Positions 50,701 through 64,000 of a stretch of 64,000 nucleotides of DNA are shown here, piece by piece. The DNA lies in assembly GCF_964355755.1 (NCBI RefSeq), contig NC_092670.1, forward strand, positions 17,160,795 to 17,224,794. The letters run 5' to 3'. This DNA comes from Antedon mediterranea (Eukaryota; Animalia; Echinodermata). Numbering within the stretch: position 1 is the first letter of the stretch; every line of letters starts with the position of its first letter. The translations under genes and the position numbers were made by a program. The notes under the pieces were generated by a model that worked only from the letters and a program-made list of their open reading frames with translations, did no database searches and was not told the DNA's origin.

Positions 50701-53700
50701 ACTGTATATAAAAGCGCAATATAAGTATGATGTAAAAGTATGTAGATATGTTTGCATTAGGCACTATATTAGTCAACTATTATTATTATCAAATAATTAT
50801 ACAAACAAAATTAACAAAATCTTGCAGCTTCCAGAAGAAATGGATCCTAGTAGCTTTGTACATCGGGAAAGAGAGTGGAGGTTTGTGAGAAACAGCCGTG
50901 TGCGGCATGAAGCAGAAGACCAGATAAAGAGAGCTTGTAAGTTCATACTTAAGTTTATTGGCCCAACAAGAATAATTTATATTACTCTAAAATAGTACTG
51001 AAGTAAATCAAAACACTTAACACTTAAATAGAATCCAGTGGCCATATTCAAACTTACATGAGATATTTCCTTTAAATATTAAGTATTTCACTTAACTCAA
51101 TAAATATTCACTTAAATTCACAGTGTTCAATGTGAAAGGGAATCTATAGTATTTTTAGTATTATATAAACGTAACACATATCGTAATCCTAATATATTTT
51201 GTAATTGCAGCTGCCAGTACATTAGACGACCAGATATTTATCAATAAGAATCTAGGAACACCATTAGTGGTCAAGTTTCATCCTTATGACCCTCACATAG
51301 CAGTTGCAGACAAAGAGGGCGTCTGGTGAGTTTTGCAAGTCATAAATTTGAGTTTACACACACCATAGTGTTAGCACCCGAATGTGGTATATAGTGTGAG
51401 CTCTGGTGATTATTTGGTGTAAGCCCAGAGTTTTTCTAAGCAATGTGAAAGGGGTATTACATGGTTCCTTTTTAAAACAAAAATTATATTAAACTGATTT
51501 GATTCATAATTTACAATGTGTATAAGCATTTAACAGATACTAAGTAAAATAAAGCACTGTAATATTATTTCTGTAATCTTTTCAGCATTTGGAATTGGGA
51601 GCAAGGTGGCAAGATGAATTACTTCACAAATCAGAACCCACGTAATACAAAAATAACGTCTATGAATTTTATGAATGCGCATGATTTACCATTGTTACTT
51701 ACAGGATCAGGTAATGTAGTTTTACTAGTTTGATAATTAAATTTATAACACTTAATTTTGATTTTTAAATAATTTTTTGGAAAGCCCAACTTTGTTTTTA
51801 TAAACAGAATTACTTTTGGAGCAAACATACCATTTGCTCTACTCAACAATAATTTGAAATATACCTAAAAATAATTTACGATTTTCCTTATTGGCAACCA
51901 TTAGTTAGTTAGTTTATTTTTATACTGGACGACCTCTTCAGTCAAAGACTGATCTCCCAGAGGGCCCAGTTTGGGATCAGTGGCTGTGACGTACTAGTAC
52001 ACCGGGGTAACCACCTACTCGTCTCGAAAGAGCTAGTTGTGTACACTGGACATACAGTCCTTATCCGAGAAGACACGTTCTACCACCGGAACCATGGAGT
52101 GAGTGAGCCTCGAACCCCTGCCGATGTTATGGCTACGTAATTACGGTTCCACTGTCCTAACCGCTCGGCCACTCACTCACCATGACTATACTAATGTTAT
52201 TTTTCTATATATTTATTTGTTTAATTATTGTACACTAATCTCATTGTAATGTTTTTTCTATTTTGTTAATGGTGGTCTCTGCTTAAAGTCTATTTCTAGA
52301 CTTAATGTGACCGACCACCATCCACATTTATAAATATTTAAAGATTTATTAAGAAAATATATGTATTATTTGTGGACAAATAATAAACAACAAACAACAA
52401 TTTTCATTTTTGTGAACAATAAAATAATTTGGTTTGTATTCAAATCTATTTACAGTATAAATAAATTAGATAAATAATCTCCAACATAATTTAAATGCAG
52501 TCCATTAAATAATAGTTGACATATATTTTATAGACGATGGTTGTGTTAGAATATGGAGGGACTACACAAGTCCTATGGGAGATGGACTAGAGTTAGTCAC
52601 CGCATGGCAAGCACTTTCAGAAATGTTACCATCTTCTAGAGGTAGGTTAATTCCTCATTATATATACAGAGTTTTTCATTACTTTGTAAAGCTCTGTCTG
52701 TGATGTGCCCAAATATTGTAGTGATGTTACATCATCATGTCCATATATCGCTACATCACATTTTGTTGTCATATAATGTTTGATAGTGTAGACAGAGCTT
52801 TAGAAACAGGGCACATTACCAGGCTGCATATTTTGTTTAGGCTCTGGTTTGGTTGTTGATTGGGAACAAGAATCAGGAATGTTGTTAGCATCTGGTGATG
52901 TTCGTGCAATAAGAGTGTGGGATACACAGAGAGAAATTAAACTTCAAGTATGTATTAAAATTCATTGATATTTATATGCTACTACAGTATATACATTCAA
53001 TATTTACATATAACTTAAAAAGTCATTGATATTTTTACATGCTATATATACATTTAATATATATATATAAATACAACAGGCACAGAACATTAATTCTAAA
53101 CCACCCGGTGATATACTGACATTTTATTAATTAATTTGAGACGATAAAGGTGGGGAAATCTGTGAGATTTCATATATACATATATCTATTTAAGTTTATT
53201 ACAAAAACGAACAAACATTCAACAATTTATGAATAATTATTTTGTTGTATAATATTTTATAAATTTTTGTGTGTGTGTTAGGACATCCCGACAGGTGCTG
53301 ATAGCTGTGTAACAAGTATAGCGTGTGATTCTGTTGGAAGATCTTTGTTAATAGCTGGCTGTGGTGATGGCTCTGTTAGACTGTATGACCGCAGACTAAC
53401 TCCACTTGATAGGTAAGAATAAAATGAATTTAATTGGTTGTCATGTTATTGAAAACAACCCTGGACTGCCCTGGATAAGTTGTTTTACCCACATACTCCT
53501 TCCTAACAGAAAGCCAGACAGTGACATGTTAAAAAGATTCTTTTTGATTTGCTCTTTGTGAGAAGTTTTGTGCTGAATAAATTTCCTCTAAATGAGTAAT
53601 GATTGTCTGTCTATTTATTTACAAGTCTTAATGGATCCCAATATACAATTAATTACATTTTCCGTTTACTTTTATTATATCGTTTTGCAGGTTTTTAATG

Positions 53701-55431
53701 ATCTGCATGATGGTCATTAACTGGTTGACCTAAAGCAAGTTCGGCCTTTGTACTGACATTTGTCGTATTCGATTTAGACTTTCACCGTTGAGTACAGTTT
53801 TGCCGTTGAGTATTTTGAGCGTTAAGATTGTTCTTAACGAAAAAGCTTTCGTTGTCAACGTTTTCTATTCGAATGACTTTCTGTTGAGCAAAAATTTACA
53901 ATTTGAATACAAAAAGTACTCAACGAATCTTTACGTTGACAACGAAAGTTCCCAATCGAATATGACAATTAACATAAAATCTATTTGGTTTTTTTGTAGT
54001 CGTGTAATGACACTGAGGGAACATAACAGCTGGGTTGTGAATGTGCATCTTCAAAAGGGTGGTGAAGGCAAGATTATTAGTGCAAGGTAAAAATATTCAA
54101 TACGTTTAAATAATGACCATTTCATTATGTAGTATTGCATTGGTAAATATACCACTGTGAGTTTTATTTGTTATATGTTCTATATTTATAATAGCCATAT
54201 AGTGTTGAACACTTTTTATCGTCCCATTTTTACATTGAGATCACATAGACGTCAAAGATGTACACATTTGGGATAATCTTATGGCTAAGTTTTTTTTTGT
54301 ATTTCATCTTCATCCAACAGCGACCAAAGTCGCCCATAACAGGATTAATGTTTTAATAATTAAATTGAGTACACACATTTTGTTTTGTAGTGTAAGTGGT
54401 GATATACGTTTTTGGGATCCACGCTTCACCGAGTCCGTTAAACTTATTAATACTATACAAAATGTGCAAGCTATGGATGTTCATCAAAATGCAGGTTTAC
54501 TTGCTTGGTAAGTGTCTCTTTACATAACTAATCTACTGTATAATCTATATTATAAAACTACTAACTCCCGAAACTTTGTCCTCCTAAACAGCACGTCTGA
54601 TACTTTTGTCGTTTGCAGGGGCACCTTTTAATTCCCCTTTAGCTATTCGACGAAAACATGTTTAGACCAATTTCTTTGGATTCCATGTTCAATAATTCTC
54701 CACCAGTCACAATTGTGTCACAGAGAGGTCATTGCAATTGCAATAATAACTTTCAGGCTATGCCAACCAAGCCACTTTCATACAGTATCAAAGGAACGCA
54801 TTGCGATCGGGGGCCATAACAGTACTGTGATCTATATCTTAGATTTTGTCAGATTGATGTGACGGATGAGGTATATTTTCGTGTGCCTTACATAAATTAT
54901 AATGATGTTGTTTTACAGTGGATCAGCCAATCAGCTAATTAGCATATACAATTTAGCAGGTGACACCCTGAGTACTATTAAGTATTATGAAGGTTTTATA
55001 GGTCAAAGAATTGGACCTCTCAACTGCTTAGCCTTCCATCCTCATAGGGTAAGTATTCTTATCTAATTATCATATACAATTTAGCAGGTGACACCCTGAG
55101 TAGCAATATTGGTGTATTAGTATTTTAGGTCACTGTGACTTTTCAACATCATGTCATCATTATGTCATTTTTTGTTGATTGTTCAGCGCTTAGAGGCGCC
55201 CTTCATTTTGCGCTATTAAATTGAACATTATTATTACCTTATAGCTAATTAGTTCATTATAAAACTGTATGATGTTACAATATTTATATATAATCTTACA
55301 ACATTATCTATGAGTTGCTTTCTTGCCATAATAACACAATTTAAATTTTAATTAATTTTGTATAGGTTCATTTAGCGGCAGGTAGCACAGACTCATTTTT
55401 GTCTATATATTCCACCGACAAGAAAAAATGA
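29799..55431 (+). CDS. RPTOR: Regulatory-associated protein of mTOR (Raptor), about 30 exons; first exon 29799-29936, last exon 55366-55431
   Basis: WRMKER|[36 protein letters not shown]; [16 protein letters not shown]; [24 protein letters not shown]; [26 protein letters not shown]; [22 protein letters not shown]; [22 protein letters not shown]; HEAT region; SAPSSP; C-terminal WD40 repeats. Confidence 0.98.
30124..31006. mobile_element. Foldback-type non-autonomous DNA transposon (Merlin- or MULE-like) in Raptor intron 1
   Basis: Inverted arms of at least 250 bp beginning ggcgctagttccgtttcgcacctgt, with a perfect 8-bp TSD gagtacag (30116-30123 and 31007-31014). Confidence 0.9.
31708..32026 (-). 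mobile_element. tRNA-derived SINE with a conserved central domain and an L2-type tail
   Basis: Head gggcgtgtggcgcagtg...ggttcgaatcc; central tgcctctctccacccaggtgtataaatgggtacc; tail tgtaaagcgcctttgag...gcgctatataaat followed by (tat)n. Confidence 0.85.
32600..32821 (+). mobile_element. Family A MITE with about 5 copies of the 21-bp unit
   Basis: TIRs with a perfect TTA target-site duplication; inserted about 12 nt downstream of a Raptor donor site. Confidence 0.88.
33695..33985 (-). mobile_element. Meta-like tRNA SINE copy
   Basis: Reverse-complement match to 23268-23520. Confidence 0.78.
34468..34707 (+). mobile_element. Family A MITE with about 6 diverged 21-bp units
   Basis: Shared TIRs and (ccaaatatggt.gtgatatg.)n. 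Confidence 0.82.
35184..35357 (-). mobile_element. tRNA-headed short element; 3' fragments also at about 53068-53168 and 63940-63990
   Basis: A box tggtctaattgtt, B box ggttcgaatc; tail cagtatatcaccaggcggtttagaa...tgcctttgatatttata recurs. Confidence 0.7.
35492..36732 (+). repeat. 82-bp (81-85) tandem array, 15 copies, each containing the Raptor 3' splice site and the first about 24 nt of the exon
   Basis: ttttgtag|gcaagc with AG ending at 35552, 35634, 35716, 35798, 35883, 35965, 36047, 36129, 36214, 36296, 36378, 36460, 36542, 36623 and 36708. Only the last continues into coding sequence. Confidence 0.97.
38445..44730 (+). mobile_element. Nest of four related non-autonomous Helentron/Helitron-like elements of about 1.5 kb (38501-40092, 40093-41679 and 41680-43201 inside an outer copy)
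   Basis: Each ends in subTIR + hairpin aa(c/t)tcgtca-aag-tgacga(g/a)tt + CTAG|T. 5' hairpins match the 3' subTIRs. Bodies are homologous but diverged. No TSD or ORF. Confidence 0.8.
47010..47140 (-). mobile_element. tRNA SINE copy (family of 11722-11925)
   Basis: Reverse-complement similarity. Confidence 0.7.
48465..48873. mobile_element. P-element-like MITE with an internal duplication of about 86 bp
   Basis: 32-bp perfect TIR caaagaacttataacacaagaatctcctgttc, 7-bp TSD tttgtag and a CAAAG terminus. Confidence 0.85.
51925..52160 (-). mobile_element. Meta-like tRNA SINE copy
   Basis: Reverse-complement match to 23268-23520; same orientation as 33695-33985. Confidence 0.78.
52687..52802 (+). 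mobile_element. Family A MITE, internally deleted
   Basis: taaagctctgtct...tttgatagtgtagacagagcttta. Confidence 0.8.
53760..53968. mobile_element. MITE with about 15-bp TIRs
   Basis: ttgtcgtattcgatt / aatcgaatatgacaa; a second partial copy lies at 2538-2606. Confidence 0.7.
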
Positions 55432-56566
55432 TTTAATTTAAACCAACGGAATATAGGTATTATGGAATCATTTTAACTTTAGAGAATCATAATTTAAATA
55501 TAGCAATGTTTATAAAGTGGTAGTTAAAATATGAGATGCTGATGTAATTCTTTTATCCACATTTTACTAAGTATTTTACTATCTAAACAATAAAACATGA
55601 AACACATTAGACCTGGGGTTTCTTGAGAAGTAAACACACAACACTGTGTTGAAAAAAACTACTAAATTACCATGGTTTCATGTTGTGTAAGATTATAATA
55701 AATAATTATTTAATTTCTATTGACAGCTATGGCTGAACAAAAACACAGACGGCATTATTTTTACTGAATACTATTTTACTGTATATTATTCAACATTAAC
55801 CATTTATAAAAAAAAAACCACTTTATTTTAAAAAGCCAGCTAATAGCCAGCCTAATTTGAATATACCATTTAATCGTAATTTATTATAAATTGCATAAAG
55901 TTATTATTTAATAATAACCATATACTTTTAACTGAGTGAACTAAAATATACCAGCTAATTTGTCATTATCATTGTCACATAATTAAGTATTTATTATTTT
56001 ATATTAATTTATTTCAGTTGATGATTGTCATGCTAAACTAATTATATAATAAAAAGTTTACACAAATAAATGTAGCTAATAATGAATAATTTAAACCACA
56101 TAATTAGGATAATTTTGACCATCAACATTACTGTTGATAATTTCAGTTAAAAATCACTGAAATTAACGAGTATTACCTGAAGCAGTGTCTACAAACTAGA
56201 TTTGCTTGTGTATTTGAAAGAATCCCATCAATTTATTTATTTTGAACGTCCTATTACATAGTCTTTGCATTGTTTTATATATAATTTCTAATTTAATTTA
56301 TGCATTCTGTCATTGAATTTTGACAATAACTTTAGTATTAAGATTTTATAAATATATTGACAATTTATGTTGAAATATTGATAGGCTTTATTATTAATTT
56401 TAAATGTGGCTTTTTTGGCTAATGTTAATTTGGATATATATATATTTAGTATATAAACACATTTTTTGAAACAGTACAAATTATTGTATATGATAAGTTA
56501 ACACTAAGTCCTTATTTTAAAACTGTAAAATGTTAATAAATAAACACAGATCGTGTGAAGATGTTA

Positions 56567-57852
<1,286 letters not shown>

Positions 57853-58299
57853 GTTTTATATTTATTAACAATAATAACACACGTGTCCTTTCAAAATGGA
57901 AAAGGGAAATCCCCTGAACATGTTCCAAAAGAGGGCGCGATTTAAAAAACAGCTATTTGTTTTTTTGTAACGTTCAGTAGTAACAGCAGAAAAAAAACAT
58001 ACATTTTGTTTACACATTATATCTCATATAATAGAGAATTTGGATTTTTGTAAAATATCGATTAAATCGTAATCTGGTGAATCAATTTATAAGGCAATCG
58101 AAATTTGTGTCGTACAGATCATATGGGAGGGCAAAATATTTTGCCATGTTACAACACTCAATTTATTTCAAAACATGTCGAAATTAGGCCAGGGAATTGT
58201 CGAAAATAGTTACCACAATACATATTAAAAATCGATATTTTGGGCATTTTTTAGGAAAATCCTTGTACTATAGTATAGGTAAATTTTCTTTTATTGTTT

Positions 58300-58345
58300 A
58301 AACTAGATGGCACGCTCGCTTCGCTCGCGTACCATCTAGGTCGTG
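58300..58345 (-). mobile_element. Helitron-like 3' end hairpin
   Basis: Minus strand ctagatggtacgcgagcgaagcgagcgtgccatCTAG|ttt. Confidence 0.5.
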
Positions 58346-58880
58346 CCCACAGATGGTTCTCGAATACACAGTATTTCCAGCGAGAAAAAAATGGAGATTT
58401 CAAATGTACGTACTGCCAGACTATAATACATTGTCGTTTACAGAAACGAATAAATATACACAATGATTTATGTAGTCAGCTAAAATTAGCACCCTGGGAA
58501 TTACTTCCGAGAGAGAAACAAAATGAGTCAATTTTTTTTATTTGGACTCATTTAAACAAACCCAATTTGTGTTTTGTATGTAACATTAAGGGTTGAGGGA
58601 TGGGGGAAGAAGATAGGTACAAAGAGGAAACATTTTAAAATATATTCTTATCCACTCAGTAACGAAATATTGTTTTTAATGTTTTATAGGCCTATAAATA
58701 ATATACCACTAAATACAGTAAAACATTTACGATTTAATACGGTACTTTGTTAAAACTCTCACTGTCATAGTCGATTGAAATAGTAAAGTACATGTAACGA
58801 TACACCACTACGACGTTTATATATTTTTAAATTATTAATTAATACAAACGTTGAGAAGCAACTGTCAGTAATAACGTTTA

Positions 58881-59404
58881 TTTATTTGTATATTATATGT
58901 TTATAATCTAACAGTAGGGCCTACCCACATTCACAGTAATAAAGTTTATTTGTATATATTTTTATATTACATCTAACAGTACCAACACTCACAGTAAGAA
59001 ATTTGCGATTCAAATTGCGATCAAAAGTGGTTAATACCTTAACAGTATTGTACAGCATTGCAATACTATTTATGTTTATTCTCCAAGGGGGCCCATAAAT
59101 CTAAATCTATACCTCTATGGTTAAACCAAATAATTTGGAATGTTTATTTGTATATTATATGTTTATAATCTAACAGTAGGGCCTACCCACACTCACAGTA
59201 ATAAAGTTTATTTGTATATATTTTTATATTACATCTAACAGTACCAACACTCACAGTAAGAAATTTGCGATTCAAATTGCGATCAAAAGTGGTTAATACC
59301 TTAACAGTATTGTACAGCATTGCAATACTATTTATGTTTATTCTCCAAGGGGGCCCATAAATCTAAATCTATACCTGTATGGTTAAACCAAATAATTTGG
59401 AATG
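58881..59404. repeat. Recent 262-bp tandem duplication (2 copies)
   Basis: 58881-59142 and 59143-59404 are nearly identical. Confidence 0.92.
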
Positions 59405-59844
59405 TTCCATTCATCACAAATCAATACATTTGTAAAAACGTATATTAAATGTATCAAAATAGTATTTTTTAAAGAAAATCGGCCTGTCTTCAACATTATG
59501 ATGGTGTACTCTAGCTGTTCAACCGGTTTTCAGCTATTAAAAACAATTATCGTAGGAGGAGATAGGAAAATGCGAAGCCTCCTCGCATTTTTGTGGCGGG
59601 TATTTTTCAAGATGGACATCCATTATACAGTGTATACCACGGTCGGAAAACACCCCTATTTGGGGCAAATCTTGGAACCTAAATTCGTTTTAACCGTCAA
59701 TAACTTATTATCTAACTTAATTTAATTAGTAAACAGGGTTACATCAGGTGGTTAAAATCAGTACCGAAAGTACGAACCAACTTTATATACCATCGAGTAA
59801 AAATTATAAAAGTAAGGCGCGATTTACCGAATTTTGCCCTTACG

Positions 59845-60012
59845 TAAATTTATATATAGATAATGTGATTTAACAAAATGGCGTATAAATGACGTCACGG
59901 TTGAGTGATCACGCTGAAAAGCTTATTAGGATTAAGTTACAGTATTTGAAAGATATTGTGAAAATTTTGTCATCTTCAACATTCAACTTTTTTGAGATAA
60001 TTGTTACACAAA
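59845..60012 (-). mobile_element. Fragment homologous to the outer Helentron-like element body (about 43230-43380)
   Basis: aaatgacgtcacggttgagtgatcacgctgaaaagcttattagga is the reverse complement of about 43310-43352; similarity extends on both sides. Confidence 0.8.
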
Positions 60013-63000
60013 ACATAACTGGTTACTATATCATTATGTAACATGCGCAGAAACAAATATTATGTTCAGTTCTGCGCATGTTACCTCAATACATTAAAAA
60101 AATCAATAGTTTGGGCATTTTCGAAAAAAAAAAGGGAAATTTTTTGACATAACTGGTTACTATGACTCCATAAGATGATAATAACATAATAATTGATTTT
60201 TAAAAACTCGATATTTTGGCCATTTTCGAAAAAATCCCTGTACTATAGTACAGGGAAATTTTCGAAAAATGACCAAATTTCGATCTTTTTATTTGTTGAC
60301 ATAACTAGTTACTATGACTCTATAACATGATGATAACGCAATATATGTGCATATGTGGCAATATTATTGCATAATTATTCATTTTTAAAAAGTCGATATT
60401 TTGGCCATTTTCGAAAAAATCCCTGTACTAATACTGCCCATGAAAGAACAACAAACTCAACTGACACATTTTTCAAAAATTACTTTTTTAGCTTTTTGGG
60501 CTATTTAGGGAATGATAATACACCTTGTGGTATATTCAGATATTCAACATTTTAACTAGAAATATGAAATTTAAAAATCAAAATACCACTCAATTACAAG
60601 TGTTACTATTGTCACCAAAGACTAACTCAACTGCAAATGCCATGAAAGACTCACTCAATTGACATATTAACACCTATTATGTCATAGGAAACCCATTCAA
60701 GTGCACAACAAGGGTGTTAATTGCACAGCAAGCTGTGTAATAATTGTCAATAATTATTTTATTCAATACTCACTTAAACTTGTTTAGAATTGTTATTAAA
60801 GTATTAATTTTATATCTGGAATATTTAGAATTAAATACCCTGGAGAGACGATGTGAACACCGTAATGATTATTATTATTGAATATTCTCCCTCTTAAATT
60901 AATACTTAAAACTAAAGTAAAAATACAAGAAACATGAAAAAAATTTCCCTGTACTATAATAGTACAGGGATTTTTTAAAAAATGGCGAATTTTCGACCTT
61001 TTTATTTTTCGATAAAAGTAACCACTTTTGACATAAATGGTTACTATAGCATAATAAACATGCGCAGAGTCGAATAATGGGTTCTGCGCATGTCAATTGT
61101 GCTATAGTAACCATTTATGTCAAATATGGTTACTATAGCACAATTGACATGCGCAGAACCCATTAGTCGACTCTGCGCATGTTTATTATGCAATAGTAAC
61201 CATTTATGTCAAAACTGGTTACTATAGCACAATTGACATGCGCAGAATCCATTATTAGTTTCTGCGCATGTTTCTTATGCAATAGTAACCATTTATGTCA
61301 AAGAATAAAAGGGTCGAAAATCGGCCATTTTTCGAAAATTTTCCTGTACAGGGATTTTTTCTAAAATATGGCCAATTTTCGACCTTTTTATTTTTCGATA
61401 AAACTGATTACTATAGCACAATTAACATGCGCAGAACCCATTAGTCGACTCTGCGCATGTTTATTATGCAATAGTAACCATTTATGTCAAAACTGGTTAC
61501 TATAGCACAATTGACATGCGCAGAACCCATTGTTCGTCTCTGCGCATGTTTATTATGCAATAGTAACAATTTATGTCAAAGAATAAAAGGGTTGAAAATC
61601 GGCCATTTTTCGAAAATTTCCCTGTACTATAGTACAGGGATTTTTTCCAAAAAATGGCCAATTTTCGACCTTTTTATTTTTTGATAAAACTGGTTACTAT
61701 AGCACAATTAACATGCGAAGAACCCATTAGTCGACTCTGCGCATGTTTATTATGCAATAGTAACCATTTATGTCAAAACTGGTTACTATAGCACAATTAA
61801 CCATTTATGTCAAAACTGGTTACTATAGCACAATTGACATGCGCAGAACCCATTATTCCTCTCTACGCATGTTTCTTATGCAATAGTAACCATTTATGTC
61901 AAAGAATAAAAGGGTCGAAAATAGGCAATTTTTCGAAAATTTTCCTGTACTATAGTACAGGGATTTTTTCTAAAATATGGCCAATTTTCGACCTTTTTAT
62001 TTTTTGATAAAACTGGTTACTATAGCACAATTAATATGCGCAGAACCCATTAGTCGACTCTGCGCATGTTTATTATGCTATAGTAACCATTTATGTCAAA
62101 ACTGGTTACTATAGCACAATTGACATGCGCAGAACCCATTATTCGTCTCTGCGCATGTTTCTTATGCAATAGTAACCATTTATGTCAAAGAATAAAAGGG
62201 TCGAAAATCGGCCATTTTTCCAAAATTTTCCTGTACTATAGTACAGGGATTTTTTCTAAAATATGGCCAATTTTCGACCTTTTTATTTTTCGATAAAACT
62301 GGTTACTATAGCACAATTAATATGCGCAGAACCCATTAGTCGACTCTGCGCATGTTTATTATGCTATAGTAACCATTTATGTCAAAACTGGTTACTATAG
62401 CACAATTGACATGCGCAGAACCCATTATTCGTCTCTGCGCATGTTTCTTATGCAATAGTAACCATTTATGTCAAAGAATAAAAGGGTCGAAAATCGGCCA
62501 TTTTTTCAAAATTTTCCTGTACTATAGTACAGGGATTTTTTCTAAAATATGGCCAATTTTCGACCTTTTTATTTTTCGATAAAACTGGTTACTATAGCAC
62601 AATTAATATGCGCAGAACCCATTAGTCGACTCTGCGCATGTTTATTATGCTATAGTAACCATTTATGTCAAAACTGGTTACTATAGCACAATTGACATGC
62701 GCAGAACCCATTATTCGTCTCTGCGCATGTTTCTTATGCAATAGTAACCATTTATGTCAAAGAATAAAAGGGTCGAAAATCGGCCATTTTTCCAAAATTT
62801 TCCTGTACTGACCAAATTTCGATCTTTTTATTTGTTGACATAACTAGTTACTATGACTCTATAGGATGATGATAACGCAATATATGTGCACATATTGGCA
62901 ATATTAATTATTGCATAATAATTGATTTTTAAAAGTCGATATTTTGGTCATTTTCAAAAATGGACAGGGAAATATTTTGACCCTTTTATTTTTTGACATA

Positions 63001-63155
63001 ACTGGTTACTAAATCATTATGTGACATGCGCAGAAACAAATAATATGCTCTGCGCATGTTACCTCAATACATACTAAAATTCCATGTAATTGCCATATTT
63101 CGACACATATATTTTTTACATAACTGGTCATATTGTGACATGCGCAGAACACATT
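60013..63155. repeat. Palindrome-built satellite region: homogeneous 286-bp units (about 61120-62810) within older degenerate copies
   Basis: Period 286 (62093 to 62379). Each unit is two about 87-bp hairpins (ggttactatagc..acatgcgcaga..tctgcgcatgt..atagtaacc) plus a palindrome centred on cctgtactatagtacagg. Confidence 0.93.
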
Positions 63156-64000
63156 GCATATATTGTAGTATTATTATTAAGCATTATTGTCGAAAAATAA
63201 AAAAGAAAAATGTTGTCCAAACTTCTGAAAAATAATAATATCACTCACTAATAACTATTACATTTTACAGCCTGAATTTTATTTAAATATTCAAATTTAC
63301 TTAAATAGGTGGGTATCTCTAGATTGCTCGCTTCATAGGTTTACATAATAATAATAATAATTAATTGTATATTAAAAAAATAAAGTTATATGGCTATATA
63401 TACTCTTTTTTTATATAGTAGGCCTTCTTAATGCCGTATTTAATTATGCCACATTTAATCATGTGTAATGCCTCTTGATTCCTGGTGACTTAATTTGTGT
63501 TATATTAATTACCCGCACACACTCATGAATCGGTTAACTCTGGAGAAGAAGCTCCTTCGTCATCTTAACACAATGTATAAGAATGATGTTAGTAGGCCCA
63601 ATCACATTCATTGACGTTAATATTATTTTATTATTCGATTAAAAAAAAAATAAGCATAATTATTTAATTTTGTTTTTCCCTCATATGCGTATATTATACG
63701 GCTATTTACGATACGGTTCCTCATTGCTCAAACGAAACATATTATAGTAATGTTGATAAAAGGAGGGCGGGGAGTTATTTGCTGACACTTAGATACACCT
63801 GTAAATACATATCACCAATACTTAACCTATGATACATTAAAGAAGATATAACAGTTAAAATGCAAATTTTAACTTTCTAATTTACAAGATAATCCAGCTG
63901 AATTACTGTAGCTACCCATCGATATATAATAATTATATAATACATTTACAGACAGAGAAATTAACCACCCAGTGATATACTGGGCATTCATTCAGAAACT

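Noticed and set aside
51925-51985. Possible ribozyme (CTGAAGA on the minus strand) in the SINE tail
   Set aside because: No matching stem II-GAAA arrangement.
60899-62582. Repeated 66-71 aa ORFs (MSKLVTIAQLTCAEP...) as a tandem gene family
   Set aside because: They track the palindromic satellite units in both orientations and have no gene-like features.

Overview
AT-rich, intron-rich animal genomic DNA. It is an invertebrate, possibly an echinoderm, which I infer only from repeat style. Eight spliced protein-coding genes can be built by hand: a GALNT1/13-like gene (5' part, -), EEF1B (-), EXOG (+), a PLAC8/cornifelin-family gene (+), two tandem adenosine deaminase paralogues (-), Raptor (+, about 25.6 kb) and MRM2/FTSJ2 (-). 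Introns and intergenic DNA hold many non-autonomous elements: a Tourist-like MITE family that seeds minisatellites, hAT/P/Merlin-like MITEs, several tRNA-SINE families, a LINE 3' fragment, Penelope-like ends with a hammerhead motif, a nest of four Helentron-like elements and a palindromic 286-bp satellite. The most unusual signals are five. (1) A Raptor intron carries 15 tandem copies of its own splice acceptor; each copy could be a GC-AG mini-intron and each gives a stop codon if retained. (2) The nested Helentron-like elements have co-varying terminal hairpins. (3) One ADA paralogue ends in CCCSIL (CaaX) and uses GC donors. (4) EEF1B introns contain candidate H/ACA and C/D snoRNAs. (5) TAGGCCTA/CTAG tracts cluster in first introns. 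All gene models and family names come from manual translation and recalled motifs, not database searches.
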